64,000 nucleotides of DNA, taken from assembly GCF_964204645.1 (NCBI RefSeq), contig NC_134031.1, forward strand, positions 21,262,910-21,326,909, written 5' to 3'. Every line of letters begins with the position of its first letter. Position 1 is the stretch's first letter. The notes under the pieces are model-generated. The model worked only from the letters and a program-made list of their open reading frames with translations. It had not been told where the DNA came from and searched no databases. Source of the stretch: Tubulanus polymorphus (Eukaryota; Animalia; Nemertea). Of this stretch, positions 39,701-54,700 are shown in pieces. Made by a program: the position numbers and the translations under genes.

Positions 39701-42700
39701 AAGAATCAGAATTTTCTGGCTGCCTTTGGTTCTGAAGATGATGGACTCAATCTGAAAAGATGGGCTAAGGCGTATTGAACTGATTTCAAATAGATAGGTG
39801 GAAAGATTAAGAATTTTCTGGCTATTTATGCTCCTGAAGATGATGGACTCGATCTGAAATGATAGGTTAAGGTAGACTGAACTGATTTCGAGTAGATGGA
39901 CTGAAAGATACAGATTTTTCTTGCAAAAAAGGGTCCTAAAGATGATGAGTTCTATCTTAATTGATGGGTTAGGGTGTACTGAACTGATTTCAAATAGATA
40001 GGTGGAAAGATTAAGAATTTTCTGGCTATTTATGCTCCTGAAGATAATGGACTCGATCTGAAATGATAGGTTAAGGTAAACTGAACTGATTTCGAGTAGA
40101 TGGACTGAAAGATACAGATTTTTCTTGCAAAATAGGGTCCTAAAGATGATGATTTCTATCTTAATTGATGGGTTAGGGTGTACTGAACTGATTTCAAATA
40201 GATAGGTTGAAAGAATCAGAATTTTATGGCTGCTTTTGGTTCTGAAGATGATGGATTCAATCTGAAAAGATGTGTTAAGGCGTATTGAACTGATTTCAAA
40301 TAGATAGGTGGAAAGATTAAGAATTTTCTGGCTATTTATGCTCCTGAAGATGATGGACTCGATCTGAAATGATAGGTTAAGGTAGACTGAACTGATTTCG
40401 AGTAGATGGACTGAAAGATACAGACTTTTCTTGCAAAATAGGGTCCTAAAGATGATGAGTTCTATCTTAATTGATGGGTTAGGGTGTACTGAACTGATTT
40501 CAAATAGATAGGTTGAAAGAATCAGAATTTTCTGGCTGCTTTTGGTTCTGAAGATGATGGACTCAATCTGAAAAGATGGGTTAAGGCGTATTGAACTGAT
40601 GTCAAATAGATAGGTGGAAAGATTAAGAATTTTCTGGCTATTTATGCTCCTGAAGATGATGGACTCGATCTGAAATGATAGGTTAAGGTAGACTGAACTG
40701 ATTTCGAGTAGATGGACTGAAAGATACAGATTTTTCTTGCAAAATAGGGTCCTAAAGATGATGAATTCTATCTTAATTGATGGGTTAGGGTGAACTGAAC
40801 TGATTTCAAATAGATGGGTGGAAAGAATCAGAATTTTCTGGCTGCCTTTGGTTCTAAAGATGATGGACTCAATCTGAAAAGATGGGCAAAGGCGTATTGA
40901 ACTGATTTCAAAGAGATAGGTGGAAAGATTAAGAATTTTGTGGCTATTTATGCTCCTGAAGATGATGGACTCGATCTGAAATGATAGGTTAAGGTAAACT
41001 GAACTGATTTCGAGCAGATGGACTGAAAGATACAGATTTTTCTTGCAAAATAGGGTCCTAAAGATGATGAGTTCTATCTTAATTGATGGGTTAGGGTGTA
41101 CTTTACTGATTTCAAATAGATAGGTGGAAAGATTAAGAATTTTCTGGTTATTTATGCTCCTGAAGATGATGGACTCGATCTGAAATGATAGGTTAAGGTA
41201 AACTGAACTGATTTCGAGTAGATGGACTGAAAGATACAGATTTTTCTTGCAAAATAGGGTCCTAAAGATGATGAGTTCAATCTTAATTGATGGGTTAGGG
41301 TGTACTGAACTGATTTCAAATAGATAGGTGGAAAGATTAAGAATTTTCAGGTTATTTATGCTCCTGAAGATGATGGACTCGATCTGAAATGATAGGTTAA
41401 GGTAAACTGAACTGATTTCGAGTAGATGGACTGAAAGATACAGATTTTTCTTGCAAAATAGGGTCCTAAAGATGATGAATTCTATCTTAATTGATGGGTA
41501 AGGGTGTACTGAACTGATTTCAAAAAGATAGGTTGAAAGAATCAGAATTTTCTTGCTGCCTTAGGTTCTGAAGATGATGGACTCAATCTGAAAAGATGGG
41601 TTAAGGCGTATTGAACTGATTTCAAATGGATAGGTGGAAAGATTAAGAATTTTCTGGCTATTTATGCTCCTGAAGATGATGGACTCGATCTGAAATGATA
41701 GGTTAAGGTAAACTGAACTGATTTCGAGTAGATGGACTGAAAGATACAGATTTTTCTTGCAAAATAGGGTCCTAAAGATGATGAATTCTATCATAATTGA
41801 TGGGTTAGGGTGTACTGAACTGATTTCAAATAGATAGGTTGAAAGATTAAGAACTTTCTGGCTGCTTTTGGTTCTGAAGATGATGGATTCAATCTGAAAA
41901 GATGGGTTAAGGCGTATTGAACTGATTTCAAATGGATAGGTGGAAAGATTAAGAATTTTCTGGCTATTTATGCTCCTGAAGATGATGGACTCGATCTGGA
42001 ATGATAGGTTAAGGTAAACTGAACTGATTTCGAGCAGATGGACTGAAAGATACAGATTTTTCTTGCAAAATAGGGTCCTAAAGATGATGAGTTCTATCTT
42101 AATTGATGGGTTAGGGTGTACTGAACTGATTTCAAATAGATAGGTTGAAAGAATCAGAATTTTCTGGCTGCTTTTGGTTCTGAAGATGATGGATTCAATC
42201 TGAAAAGATGTGTTAAGGCGTATTGAACTGATTTCAAATAGATAGGTGGAAAGATTAAGAATTTTCTGGCTATTTATGCTCCTGAAGATGATGGACTCGA
42301 TCTGAAATGATAGGTTAAGGTAGACTGAACTGATTTCGAGTAGATGGACTGAAAGATACAGATTTTTCTTGCAAAAAAGGGTCCTAAAGATGATGAGTTC
42401 TATCTTAATTGATGGGTTAGGGTGTACTGAACTGATTTCAAATAGATAGGTGGAAAGAATCAGAATTTTCTGGCTGCCTTTGGTTCTGAAGATGATGGAC
42501 TCAATCTGAAAAGATGGGCTAAGGCGTATTGAACTGATTTCAAATAGATAGGTGGAAAGATTAAGAATTTTCTGGCTATTTATGCTCCTGAAGATGATGG
42601 ACTCGATCTGAAATGATAGGTTAAGGTAGACTGAACTGATTTCGAGTAGATGGACTGAAAGATACAGATTTTTCTTGCAAAAAAGGGTCCTAAAGATGAT

Positions 42701-45700
42701 GAGTTCTATCTTAATTGATGGGTTAGGGTGTACTGAACTGATTTCAAATAGATAGGTGGAAAGATTAAGAATTTTCTGGCTATTTATGCTCCTGAAGATG
42801 ATGGACTCGATCTGAAATGATAGGTTAAGGTAAACTGAACTGATTTCGAGTAGATGGACTGAAAGATACAGATTTTTCTTGCAAAATAGGGTCCTAAAGA
42901 TGATGAATTCTATCTTAATTGATGGGTTAGGGTGTACTGAACTGATTTCAAATAGATAGGTTGAAAGAATCAGAATTTTATGGCTGCTTTTGGTTCTGAA
43001 GATGATGGATTCAATCTGAAAAGATGTGTTAAGGCGTATTGAACTGATTTCAAATAGATAGGTGGAAAGATTAAGAATTTTCTGGCTATTTATGCTCCTG
43101 AAGATGATGGGTTCGATCTGAAATGATAGGTTAAGGTAGACTGAACTGATTTCGAGTAGATGGACTGAAAGATACAGATTTTTCTTGCAAAATAGGGTCC
43201 TAAAGATGATGAATTCTATCTTAATTGATGGGTTAGGGTGAACTGAACTGATTTCAAATAGATGGGTGGAAAGAATCAGAATTTTCTGGCTGCCTTTGGT
43301 TCTAAAGATGATGGACTCAATCTGAAAAGATGGGCTAAGGCGTATTGAACTGATTTCAAAGAGATAGGTTGAAAGATTAAGAATTTTCTGGCTATTTATG
43401 CTCCTGAAGATGATGGACTCGATCTGAAATGATAGGTTAAGGTAAACTGAACTGATTTCGAGCAGATGGACTGAAAGATACAGATTTTTCTTGCAAAATA
43501 GGGTCCTAAAGATGATGAGTTCTATCTTAATTGATGGGTTAGGGTGTACTGAACTGATTTCAAATAGATAGGTTGAAAGAATCAGAATTTTCTTGCTGCC
43601 TTAGGTTCTGAAGATGATGGACTCAATCTGAAAAGATGGGTTAAGGCGTATTGAACTGATTTCAAATAGATAGGTGGAAAGATTAAGAATTTTCTGGCTA
43701 TTTATGCTCCTGAAGATGATGGACTCGATCTGAAATGATAGGTTAAGGTAGACTGAACTGATTTCGAGTAGATGGACTGAAAGATACAGATTTTTCTTGC
43801 AAAAAAGGGTCCTAAAGATGATGAGTTCTATCTTAATTGATGGGTTAGGGTGTACTGAACTGATTTCAAATAGATAGGTGGAAAGATTAAGAATTTTCGG
43901 GCTATTTATGCTCCTGAAGATGATGGACTCGATCTGAAATGATAGGTTAAGGTAAACTGAACTGATTTCGAGTAGATGGACTGAAAGATACAGATTTTTC
44001 TTGCAAAATAGGGTCCTAAAGATGATGAATTCTATCTTAATTGATGGGTTAGGGTGTACTGAACTGATTTCAAATAGATAGGTTGAAAGAATCAGAATTT
44101 TCTGGCTGCTTTTGGTTCTGAAGATGATGGATTCAATCTGAAAAGATGTGTTAAGGCGTATTGAACTGATTTCAAATAGATAGGTGGAAAGATTAAGAAT
44201 TTTCTGGCTATTTATGCTCCTGAAGATGATGGACTCGATCTGAAATGATAGGTTAAGGTAGACTGAACTGATTTCGAGTAGATGGACTGAAAGATACAGA
44301 TTTTTCTTGCAAAATAGGGTCCTAAAGATGATGAATTCTATCTTAATTGATGGGTTAGGGTGTACTGAACTGATTTCAAATAGATAGGTTGAAAGAATCA
44401 GAATTTTCTGGCTGCTTTTGGTTCTGAAGATGATGGATTCAATCTGAAAAGATGGGTTAAGGCGTATTGAACTGATTTCAAATGGATAGGTGGAAAGATT
44501 AAGAATTTTCTGGCTATTTATGCTCCTGAAGATGATGGACTCGATCTGAAATGATAGGTTAAGGTAAACTGAACTGATTTCGAGTAGATGGACTGAAAGA
44601 TACAGATTTTTCTTGCAAAATAGGGTCCTAAAGATGATGAGTTCTATCTTAATTGATGGGTTAGGGTGTACTGAACTGATTTCAAATAGATAGGTGGAAA
44701 GATTAAGAATTTTCTGGTTATTTATGCTCCTGAAGATGATGGACTCGATCTGAAATGATAGGTTAAGGTAAACTGAACTGATTTCGAGTAGATGGACTGA
44801 AAGATACAGATTTTTCTTGCAAAATAGGGTCCTAAAGATGATGAGTTCAATCTTAATTGATGGGTTAGGGTGTACTGAACTGATTTCAAATAGATAGGTG
44901 GAAAGATTAAGAATTTTCTGGTTATTTATGCTCCTGAAGATGATGGACTCGATCTGAAATGATAGGTTAAGGTAAACTGAACTGATTTCGAGGAGATGGA
45001 CTGAAAGATACAGATTTTTCTTGCAAAATAGGGTCCTAAAGATGATGAATTCTATCTTAATTGATGGGTAAGGGTGTACTGAACTGATTTCAAATAGATA
45101 GGTTGAAAGAATCAGAATTTTCTTGCTGCCTTAGGTTCTAAAGATGATGGACTCAATCTGAAATGATGGGTTAAGGCGTATTGAACTGATTTCAAATAGA
45201 TAGGTGGAAAGATTAAGAATTTTCGGGCTATTTATGCTCCTGAAGATGATGGACTCGATCTGAAATGATAGGTTAAGGTAAACTGAACTGATTTCGAATA
45301 GATGGACTGAAAGATACAGATTTTTCTTGCAAAATAGGGTCCTAAAGATGATGAATTCTATCTTAATTGATGGGTTAGGGTGTACTGAACTGATTTCAAA
45401 TAGATAGGTTGAAAGAATCAGAATTTTCTGGCTGCTTTTGGTTCTGAAGATGATGGATTCAATCTGAAAAGATGTGTTAAGGCGTATTGAACTGATTTCA
45501 AATAGATAGGTGGAAAGATTAAGAATTTTCTGGCTATCTATGCTCCTGAAGATGATGGACTCGATCTGAAATGATAGGTTAAGGTAAACTGAACTGATTT
45601 CGAGTAGATGGACTGAAAGATACAGATTTTTCTTGCAAAATAGGGTCCTAAAGATGATGAATTCTATCTTAATTGATGGGTTAGGGTGTACTGAACTGAT

Positions 45701-45736
45701 TTCAAATAGATAGGTTGAAAGAATCAGAATTTTCTT

Positions 45737-48700
45737 GCTGCCTTAGGTTCTGAAGATGATGGACTCAATCTGAAAAGATGGGTTAAGGCGTATTGAACTG
45801 ATTTCAAATAGATAGGTGGAAAGATTAAGAATTTTCTGGCTATCTATGCTCCTGAAGATGATGGACTCGATCTGAAATGATAGGTTAAGGTAAACTGAAC
45901 TGATTTCGAGTAGATGGACTGAAAGATACAGATTTTTCTTGCAAAATAGGGTCCTAAAGATGATGAATTCTATCATAATTGATGGGTTAGGGTGTACTGA
46001 ACTGATTTCAAATAGATAGGTTGAAAGATTAAGAACTTTCTGGCTGCTTTTGGTTCTGAAGATGATGGATTCAATCTGAAAAGATGGGTTAAGGCGTATT
46101 GAACTGATTTCAAATGGATAGGTGGAAAGATTAAGAATTTTCTGGCTATTTATGCTCCTGAAGATGATGGACTCGATCTGAAATGATAGGTTAAGGTAAA
46201 CTGAACTGATTTCGAGTAGATGGACTGAAAGATACAGATTTTTCTTGCAAAATAGGGTCCTAAAGATGATGAATTCTATCTTAATTGATGGGTTAGGGTG
46301 AACTGAACTGATTTCAAATAGATAGGTGGAAAGAATCAGAATTTTCTGGCTGCCTTTGGTTCTGAAGATGATGGACTCAATCTGAAAAGATGGGCTAAGG
46401 CGTATTGAACTGATTTAAAATAGATAGGTGGAACGATTAAGAATTTTCTGGCTATTTATGCTCCTGAAGATGATGGACTCGATCTGAAATGATAGGTTAA
46501 GGTAGACTGAACTGATTTCGAGTAGATGCACTGAAAGATACAGATTTTTCTTGCAAAAAAGGGTCCTAAAGATGATGAGTTCTATTGATGGGTTAGGGTG
46601 TACTGAACTGATTTCAAATAGATAGGTGGAAAGATTAAGAATTTTCGGGCTATTTATGCTCCTGAAGATGATGGACTCGATCTGAAATGATAGGTTAAGG
46701 TAAACTGAACTGATTTCGAATAGATGGACTGAAAGATACAGATTTTTCTTGCAAAATAGGGTCCTAAAGATGATGAATTCTATCTTAATTGATGGGTTAG
46801 GGTGTACTGAACTGATTTCAAATAGATAGGTGGAAAGAATCAGAATTTCCTTGCTGCTTTTGGTTCTAAAGATGATGGATTCAATCTGAAAAGATGTGTT
46901 AAGGCGTATTGAACTGATTTCAAATAGATAGGTGGAAAGATTAAGAATTTTCTGGCTATTTATGCTCCTGAAGATGATGGACTCGATCTGAAATGATAGA
47001 TTAAGGTAAACTGAACTGATTTCGAGCAGATGGACTGAAAGATACAGATTTTTCTTGCAAAATAGGGTCCTAAAGATGATGAATTCTATCTTAATTGATG
47101 GGTTAGGGTGTACTGAACTGATTTCAAATAGATAGGTTGAAAGAATCAGAATTTTCTGGCTGCTTTTGGTTCTGAAGATGATGGATTCAATCTGAAAAGA
47201 TGTGTTAAGGCGTATTGAACTGATTTCAAATAGATAGGTGGAAAGATTAAGAATTTTCTGGCTATTTATGCTCCTGAAGATGATGGACTCGATCTGAAAT
47301 GATAGGTTAAGGTAGACTGAACTGATTTCGAGTAGATGGACTGAAAGATACAGATTTTTCTTGCAAAATAGGGTCCTAAAGATGATGAGTTCTATCTTAA
47401 TTGATGGGTTAGGGTGAACTGAACTGATTTCAAATAGATAGGTGGAAAGAATCAGAATTTTCTGGCTGCCTTTGGTTCTGAAGATGATGGACTCAATCTG
47501 AAAAGATGGGCTAAGGCGTATTGAACTGATTTCAAATAGATAGGTGGAAAGATTAAGAATTTTCTGGCTATTTATGCTCCTGAAGATGATGGACTCGATC
47601 TGAAATGATAGGTTAAGGTAGACTGAACTGATTTCGAGTAGATGGACTGAAAGATACAGATTTTTCTTGCAAAAAAGGGTCCTAAAGATGATGAGTTCTA
47701 TCTTAATTGATGGGTTAGGGTGTACTGAACTGATTTCAAATAGATAGGTGGAAAGATTAAGAATTTTCTGGCTATTTATGCTCCTGAAGATGATGGACTC
47801 GATCTGAAATGATAGGTTAAGGTAAACTGAACTGATTTCGAGTAGATGGACTGAAAGATACAGATTTTTCTTGCAAAATAGGGTCCTAAAGATGATGAAT
47901 TCTATCTTAATTGATGGGTTAGGGTGTACTGAACTGATTTCAAATAGATAGGTTGAAAGAATTAGAATTTTATGGCTGCTTTTGGTTCTGAAGATGATGG
48001 ATTCAATCTGAAAAGATGTGTTAAGGCGTATTGAACTGATTTCAAATAGATAGGTGGAAAGATTAAGAATTTTCTGGCTATTTATGCTCCTGAAGATGAT
48101 GGACTCGATCTGAAATGATAGGTTAAGGTAGACTGAACTGATTTCGAGTAGATGGACTGAAAGATACAGATTTTTCTTGCAAAATAGGGTCCTAAAGATG
48201 ATGAGTTCTATCTTAATCGATGGGTTAGGGTGTACTGAACTGATTTCAAATAGATAGGTGGAAAGAATCAGAATTTTCTGGCTGCCTTTGGTTCTGAAGA
48301 TGATGGACTCAATCTGAAAAGATGGGCTAAGGCGTACTGAACTGATTTCAAATAGATAGGTGGAAAGATTAAGAATTTTCTGGCTATTTATGCTCCTGAA
48401 GATGATGGACTCGATCTGAAATGATAGGTTAAGGTAGACTGAACTGATTTCGAGTAGATGGACTGAAAGATACAGATTTTTCTTGCAAAAAAGGGTCCTA
48501 AAGATGATGAGTTCTATCTTAATTGATGGGTTAGGGTGTACTGAACTGATTTCAAATAGATAGGTGGAAAGATTAAGAATTTTCTGGCTATTTATGCTCC
48601 TGAAGATAATGGACTCGATCTGAAATGATAGGTTAAGGTAAACTGAACTGATTTCGAGTAGATGGACTGAAAGATACAGATTTTTCTTGCAAAATAGGGT

Positions 48701-51700
48701 CCTAAAGATGATGAATTCTATCTTAATTGATGGGTTAGGGTGTACTGAACTGATTTCAAATAGATAGGTTGAAAGAATCAGAATTTTATGGCTGCTTTTG
48801 GTTCTGAAGATGATGGATTCAATCTGAAAAGATGTGTTAAGGCGTATTGAACTGATTTCAAATAGATAGGTGGAAAGATTAAGAATTTTCTGGCTATTTA
48901 TGCTCCTGAAGATGATGGACTCGATCTGAAATGATAGGTTAAGGTAGACTGAACTGATTTCGAGTAGATGGACTGAAAGATACAGATTTTTCTTGCAAAA
49001 TAGGGTCCTAAAGATGATGAGTTCTATCTTAATTGATGGGTTAGGGTGTACTGAACTGATTTCAAATAGATAGGTTGAAAGAATCAGAATTTTCTGGCTG
49101 CTTTTGGTTCTGAAGATGATGGACTCAATCTGAAAAGATGGGTTAAGGCGTATTGAACTGATGTCAAATAGATAGGTGGAAAGATTAAGAATTTTCTGGC
49201 TATTTATGCTCCTGAAGATGATGGACTCGATCTGAAATGATAGGTTAAGGTAGACTGAACTGATTTCGAGTAGATGGACTGAAAGATACAGATTTTTCTT
49301 GCAAAATAGGGACCTAAAGATGATGAATTCTATCTTAATTGATGGGTTAGGGTGAACTGAACTGATTTCAAATAGATAGGTTGAAAGAATCAGAATTTTC
49401 TTGCTGCCTTAGGTTCTGAAGATGATGGACTCAATCTGAAAAGATGGGTTAAGGCGTATTGAACTGATTTCAAATAGATAGGTGGAAAGATTAAGAATTT
49501 TCTGGCTATCTATGCTCCTGAAGATGATGGACTCGATCTGAAATGATAGGTTAAGGTAAACTGAACTGATTTCGAGTAGATGGACTGAAAGATACAGATT
49601 TTTCTTGCAAAATAGGGTCCTAAAGATGATGAATTCTATCATAATTGATGGGTTAGGGTGTACTGAACTGATTTCAAATAGATAGGTTGAAAGATTAAGA
49701 ACTTTCTGGCTGCTTTTGGTTCTGAAGATGATGGATTCAATCTGAAAAGATGGGTTAAGGCGTATTGAACTGATTTCAAATGGATAGGTGGAAAGATTAA
49801 GAATTTTCTGGCTATTTATGCTCCTGAAGATGATGGACTCGATCTGAAATGATAGGTTAAGGTAAACTGAACTGATTTCGAGTAGATGGACTGAAAGATA
49901 CAGATTTTTCTTACAAAATAGGGTCCTAAAGATGATGAATTCTATCTTAATTGATGGGTTAGGGTGAACTGAATTGATTTCAAATAGATAGGTGGAAAGA
50001 ATCAGAATTTTCTGGCTGCCTTTGGTTCTGAAGATGATGGACTCAATCTGAAAAGATGGGCAAAGGCGTATTGAACTGATTTAAAATAGATAGGTGGAAC
50101 GATTAAGAATTTTCTGGCTATTTATGCTCCTGAAGATGATGGACTCGATCTGAAATGATAGGTTAAGGTAGACTGAACTGATTTCGAGTAGATGCACTGA
50201 AAGATACAGATTTTTCTTGCAAAAAAGGGTCCTAAAGATGATGAGTTCTATCTTAATTGATGGGTTAGGGTGTACTGAACTGATTTCAAATAGATAGGTG
50301 GAAAGATTAAGAATTTTCGGGCTATTTATGCTCCTGAAGATGATGGACTCGATCTGAAATGATAGGTTAAGGTAAACTGAACTGATTTCGAATAGATGGA
50401 CTGAAAGATACAGATTTTTCTTGCAAAATAGGGTCCTAAAGATGATGAATTCTATCTTAATTGATGGGTTAGGGTGTAATGAACTGATTTCAAATAGATA
50501 GGTGGAAAGAATCAGAATTTTCTTGCTGCTTTTGGTTCTAAAGATGATGGATTCAATCTGAAAAGATGTGTTAAGGCGTATTGAACTGATTTCAAATAGA
50601 TAGGTGGAAAGATTAAGAATTTTCTGGCTATTTATGCTCCTGAAGATGATGGACTCGATCTGAAATGATAGATTAAGGTAAACTGAACTGATTTCGAGCA
50701 GATGGACTGAAAGATACAGATTTTTCTTGCAAAATAGGGTCCTAAAGATGATGAGTTCTATCTTAATTGATGGGTTAGGGTGTACTGAACTGATTTCAAA
50801 TAGATAGGTTGAAAGAATCAGAATTTTCTGGCTGCTTTTGGTTCTGAAGATGATGGATTCAATCTGAAAAGATGTGTTAAGGCGTATTGAACTGATTTCA
50901 AATAGATAGGTGGAAAGATTAAGAATTTTCAGGCTATTTATGCTCCTGAAGATGATGGACTCGATCTGAAATGATAGGTTAAGGTAGACTGAACTGATTT
51001 CGAGTAGATGGACTGAAAGATACAGATTTTTCTTGCAAAATAGGGTCCTAAAGATGATGAGTTCTATCTTAATTGATGGGTTAGGGTGTACTGAACTGAT
51101 TTCAAATAGATAGGTGGAAAGAATCAGAATTTTCTGGCTGCCTTTGGTTCTGAAGATGATGGACTCAATCTGAAAAGATGGGCTAAGGCGTATTGAACTG
51201 ATTTCAAATAGATAGGTGGAAAGATTAAGAATTTTCTGGCTATTTATGCTCCTGAAGATGATGGACTCGATCTGAAATGATAGGTTAAGGTAGACTGAAC
51301 TGATTTCGAGTAGATGGACTGAAAGATACAGATTTTTCTTGCAAAAAAGGGTCCTAAAGATGATGAGTTCTATCTTAATTGATGGGTTAGGGTGTACTGA
51401 ATTGATTTCAAATAGATAGGTGGAAAGATTAAGAATTTTCTGGCTATTTATGCTCCTGAAGATGATGGACTCGATCTGAAATGATAGGTTAAGGTAAACT
51501 GAACTGATTTCGAGTAGATGGACTGAAAGATACAGATTTTTCTTGCAAAATAGGGTCCTAAAGATGATGAATTCTATCTTAATTGATGGGTTAGGGTGTA
51601 CTGAACTGATTTCAAATAGATAGGTTGAAAGAATCAGAATTTTATGGCTGCTTTTGGTTCTGAAGATGATGGATTCAATCTGAAAAGATGTGTTAAGGCG

Positions 51701-54700
51701 TATTGAACTGATTTCAAATAGATAGGTGGAAAGATTAAGAATTTTCTGGCTATTTATGCTCCTGAAGATGATGGACTCGATCTGAAATGATAGGTTAAGG
51801 TAGACTGAACTGATTTCGAGTAGATGGACTGAAAGATACAGATTTTTCTTGCAAAATAGGGTCCTAAAGATGATTAATTCTATCTTAATTGATGGGTTAG
51901 GGTGAACTGAACTGATTTCAAATAGATAGGTGGAAAGAATCAGAATTTTCTGGCTGCCTTTGGTTCTAAAGATGATGGACTCAATCTGAAAAGATGGGCT
52001 AAGGCGTATTGAACTGATTTCAAAGAGATAGGTTGAAAGATTAAGAATTTTCTGGCTATTTATGCTCCTGAAGATGATGGACTCGATCTGAAATGATAGG
52101 TTAAGGTAAACTGAACTGATTTCGAGCAGATGGACTGAAAGATACAGATTTTTCTTGCAAAATAGGGTCCTAAAGATGATGAGTTCTATCTTAATTGATG
52201 GGTTAGGGTGTACTGAACTGATTTCAAATAGATAGGTTGAAAGAATCAGAATTTTCTTGCTGCCTTAGGTTCTGAAGATGATGGACTCAATCTAAAAAGA
52301 TGGGTTAAGGCGTATTGAACTGATTTCAAATAGATAGGTGGAAAGATTAAGAATTTTCTGGCTATTTATGCTCCTGAAGATGATGGACTCGATCTGAAAT
52401 GATAGGTTAAGGTAAACTGAACTGATTTCGAGTAGATGGACTGAAAGATACAGATTTTTCTTGCAAAATAGGGTCCTAAAGATGATGAATTCTATCATAA
52501 TTGATGGGTTAGGGTGTACTGAACTGATTTCAAATAGATAGGTTGAAAGATTAAGAACTTTCTGGCTGCTTTTGGTTCTGAAGATGATGGATTCAATCTG
52601 AAAAGATGGGTTAAGGCGTATTGAACTGATTTCAAATGGATAGGTGGAAAGATTAAGAATTTTCTGGCTATTTATGCTCCTGAAGATGATGGACTCGATC
52701 TGAAATGATAGGTTAAGGTAAACTGAACTGATTTCGAGTAGATGGACTGAAAGATACAGATTTTTCTTGCAAAATAGGGTCCTAAAGATGATGAATTCTA
52801 TCTTAATTGATGGGTTAGGGTGAACTGAACTGATTTCAAATAGATAGGTGGAAAGAATCAGAATTTTCTGGCTGCCTTTGGTTCTGACGATGATGGACTC
52901 AATCTGAAAAGATGGGCAAAGGCGTATTGAACTGATTTCAAATAGATAGGTGGAAAGATTAAGAATTTTCTGGCTATTTATGCTCCTGAAGATGATGGAC
53001 TCGATCTGAAATGATAGGTTAAGGTAGACTGAACTGATTTCGAGTAGATGGACTGAAAGATACAGATTTTTCTTGCAAAAAAGGGTCCTAAAGATGATGA
53101 GTTCTATCTTAATTGATGGGTTAGGGTGTACTGAACTGATTTCAAATAGATAGGTGGAAAGATTAAGAATTTTCGGGCTATTTATGCTCCTGAAGATGAT
53201 GGACTCGATCTGAAATGATAGGGTAAGGTAAACTGAACTGATTTCGAATAGATGGACTGAAAGATACAGATTTTTCTTGCAAAATAGGGTCCTAAAGATG
53301 ATGAATTCTATCTTAATTGATGGGTTAGGGTGTACTGAACTGATTTCAAATAGATAGGTTGAAAGAATCAGAATTTTCTGGCTGCCTTAGGTTCTGAAGA
53401 TGATGGACTCAATCTGAAAAGATGGGTTAAGGCGTATTGAACTGATTTCAAATAGATAGGTGGAAAGATTAAGAATTTTCTGGCTATCTATGCTCCTGAA
53501 GATGATGGACTCGATCTGAAATGATAGGTTAAGGTAAACTGAACTGATTTCGAGTAGATGGACTGAAAGATACAGATTTTTCTTGCAAAATAGGGTCCTA
53601 AAGATGATGAATTCTATCATAATTGATGGGTTAGGGTGTACTGAACTGATTTCAAATAGATAGGTTGAAAGATTAAGAACTTTCTGGCTGCTTTTGGTTC
53701 TGAAGATGATGGATTCAATCTGAAAAGATGGGTTAAGGCGTATTGAACTGATTTCAAATGGATAGGTGGAAAGATTAAGAATTTTCTGGCTATTTATGCT
53801 CCTGAAGATGATGGACTCGATCTGAAATGATAGGTTAAGGTAAACTGAACTGATTTCGAGTAGATGGACTGAAAGATACAGATTTTTCTTGCAAAATAGG
53901 GTCCTAAAGATGATGAATTCTATCTTAATTGATGGGTTAGGGTGAACTGAACTGATTTCAAATAGATAGGTGGAAAGAATCAGAATTTTCTGGCTGCCTT
54001 TGGTTCTGAAGATGATGGACTCAATCTGAAAAGATGGGCTAAGGCGTATTGAACTGATTTAAAATAGATAGGTGGAACGATTAAGAATTTTCTGGCTATT
54101 TATGCTCCTGAAGATGATGGACTCGATCTGAAATGATAGGTTAAGGTAGACTGAACTGATTTCGAGTAGATGCACTGAAAGATACAGATTTTTCTTGCAA
54201 AAAAGGGTCCTAAAGATGATGAGTTCTATTGATGGGTTAGGGTGTACTGAACTGATTTCAAATAGATAGGTGGAAAGATTAAGAATTTTCGGGCTATTTA
54301 TGCTCCTGAAGATGATGGACTCGATCTGAAATGATAGGTTAAGGTAAACTGAACTGATTTCGAATAGATGGACTGAAAGATACAGATTTTTCTTGCAAAA
54401 TAGGGTCCTAAAGATGATGAATTCTATCTTAATTGATGGGTTAGGGTGTACTGAACTGATTTCAAATAGATAGGTGGAAAGAATCAGAATTTCCTTGCTG
54501 CTTTTGGTTCTAAAGATGATGGATTCAATCTGAAAAGATGTGTTAAGGCGTATTGAACTGATTTCAAATAGATAGGTGGAAAGATTAAGAATTTTCTGGC
54601 TATTTATGCTCCTGAAGATGATGGACTCGATCTGAAATGATAGATTAAGGTAAACTGAACTGATTTCGAGCAGATGGACTTAAAGATACAGATTTTTCTT

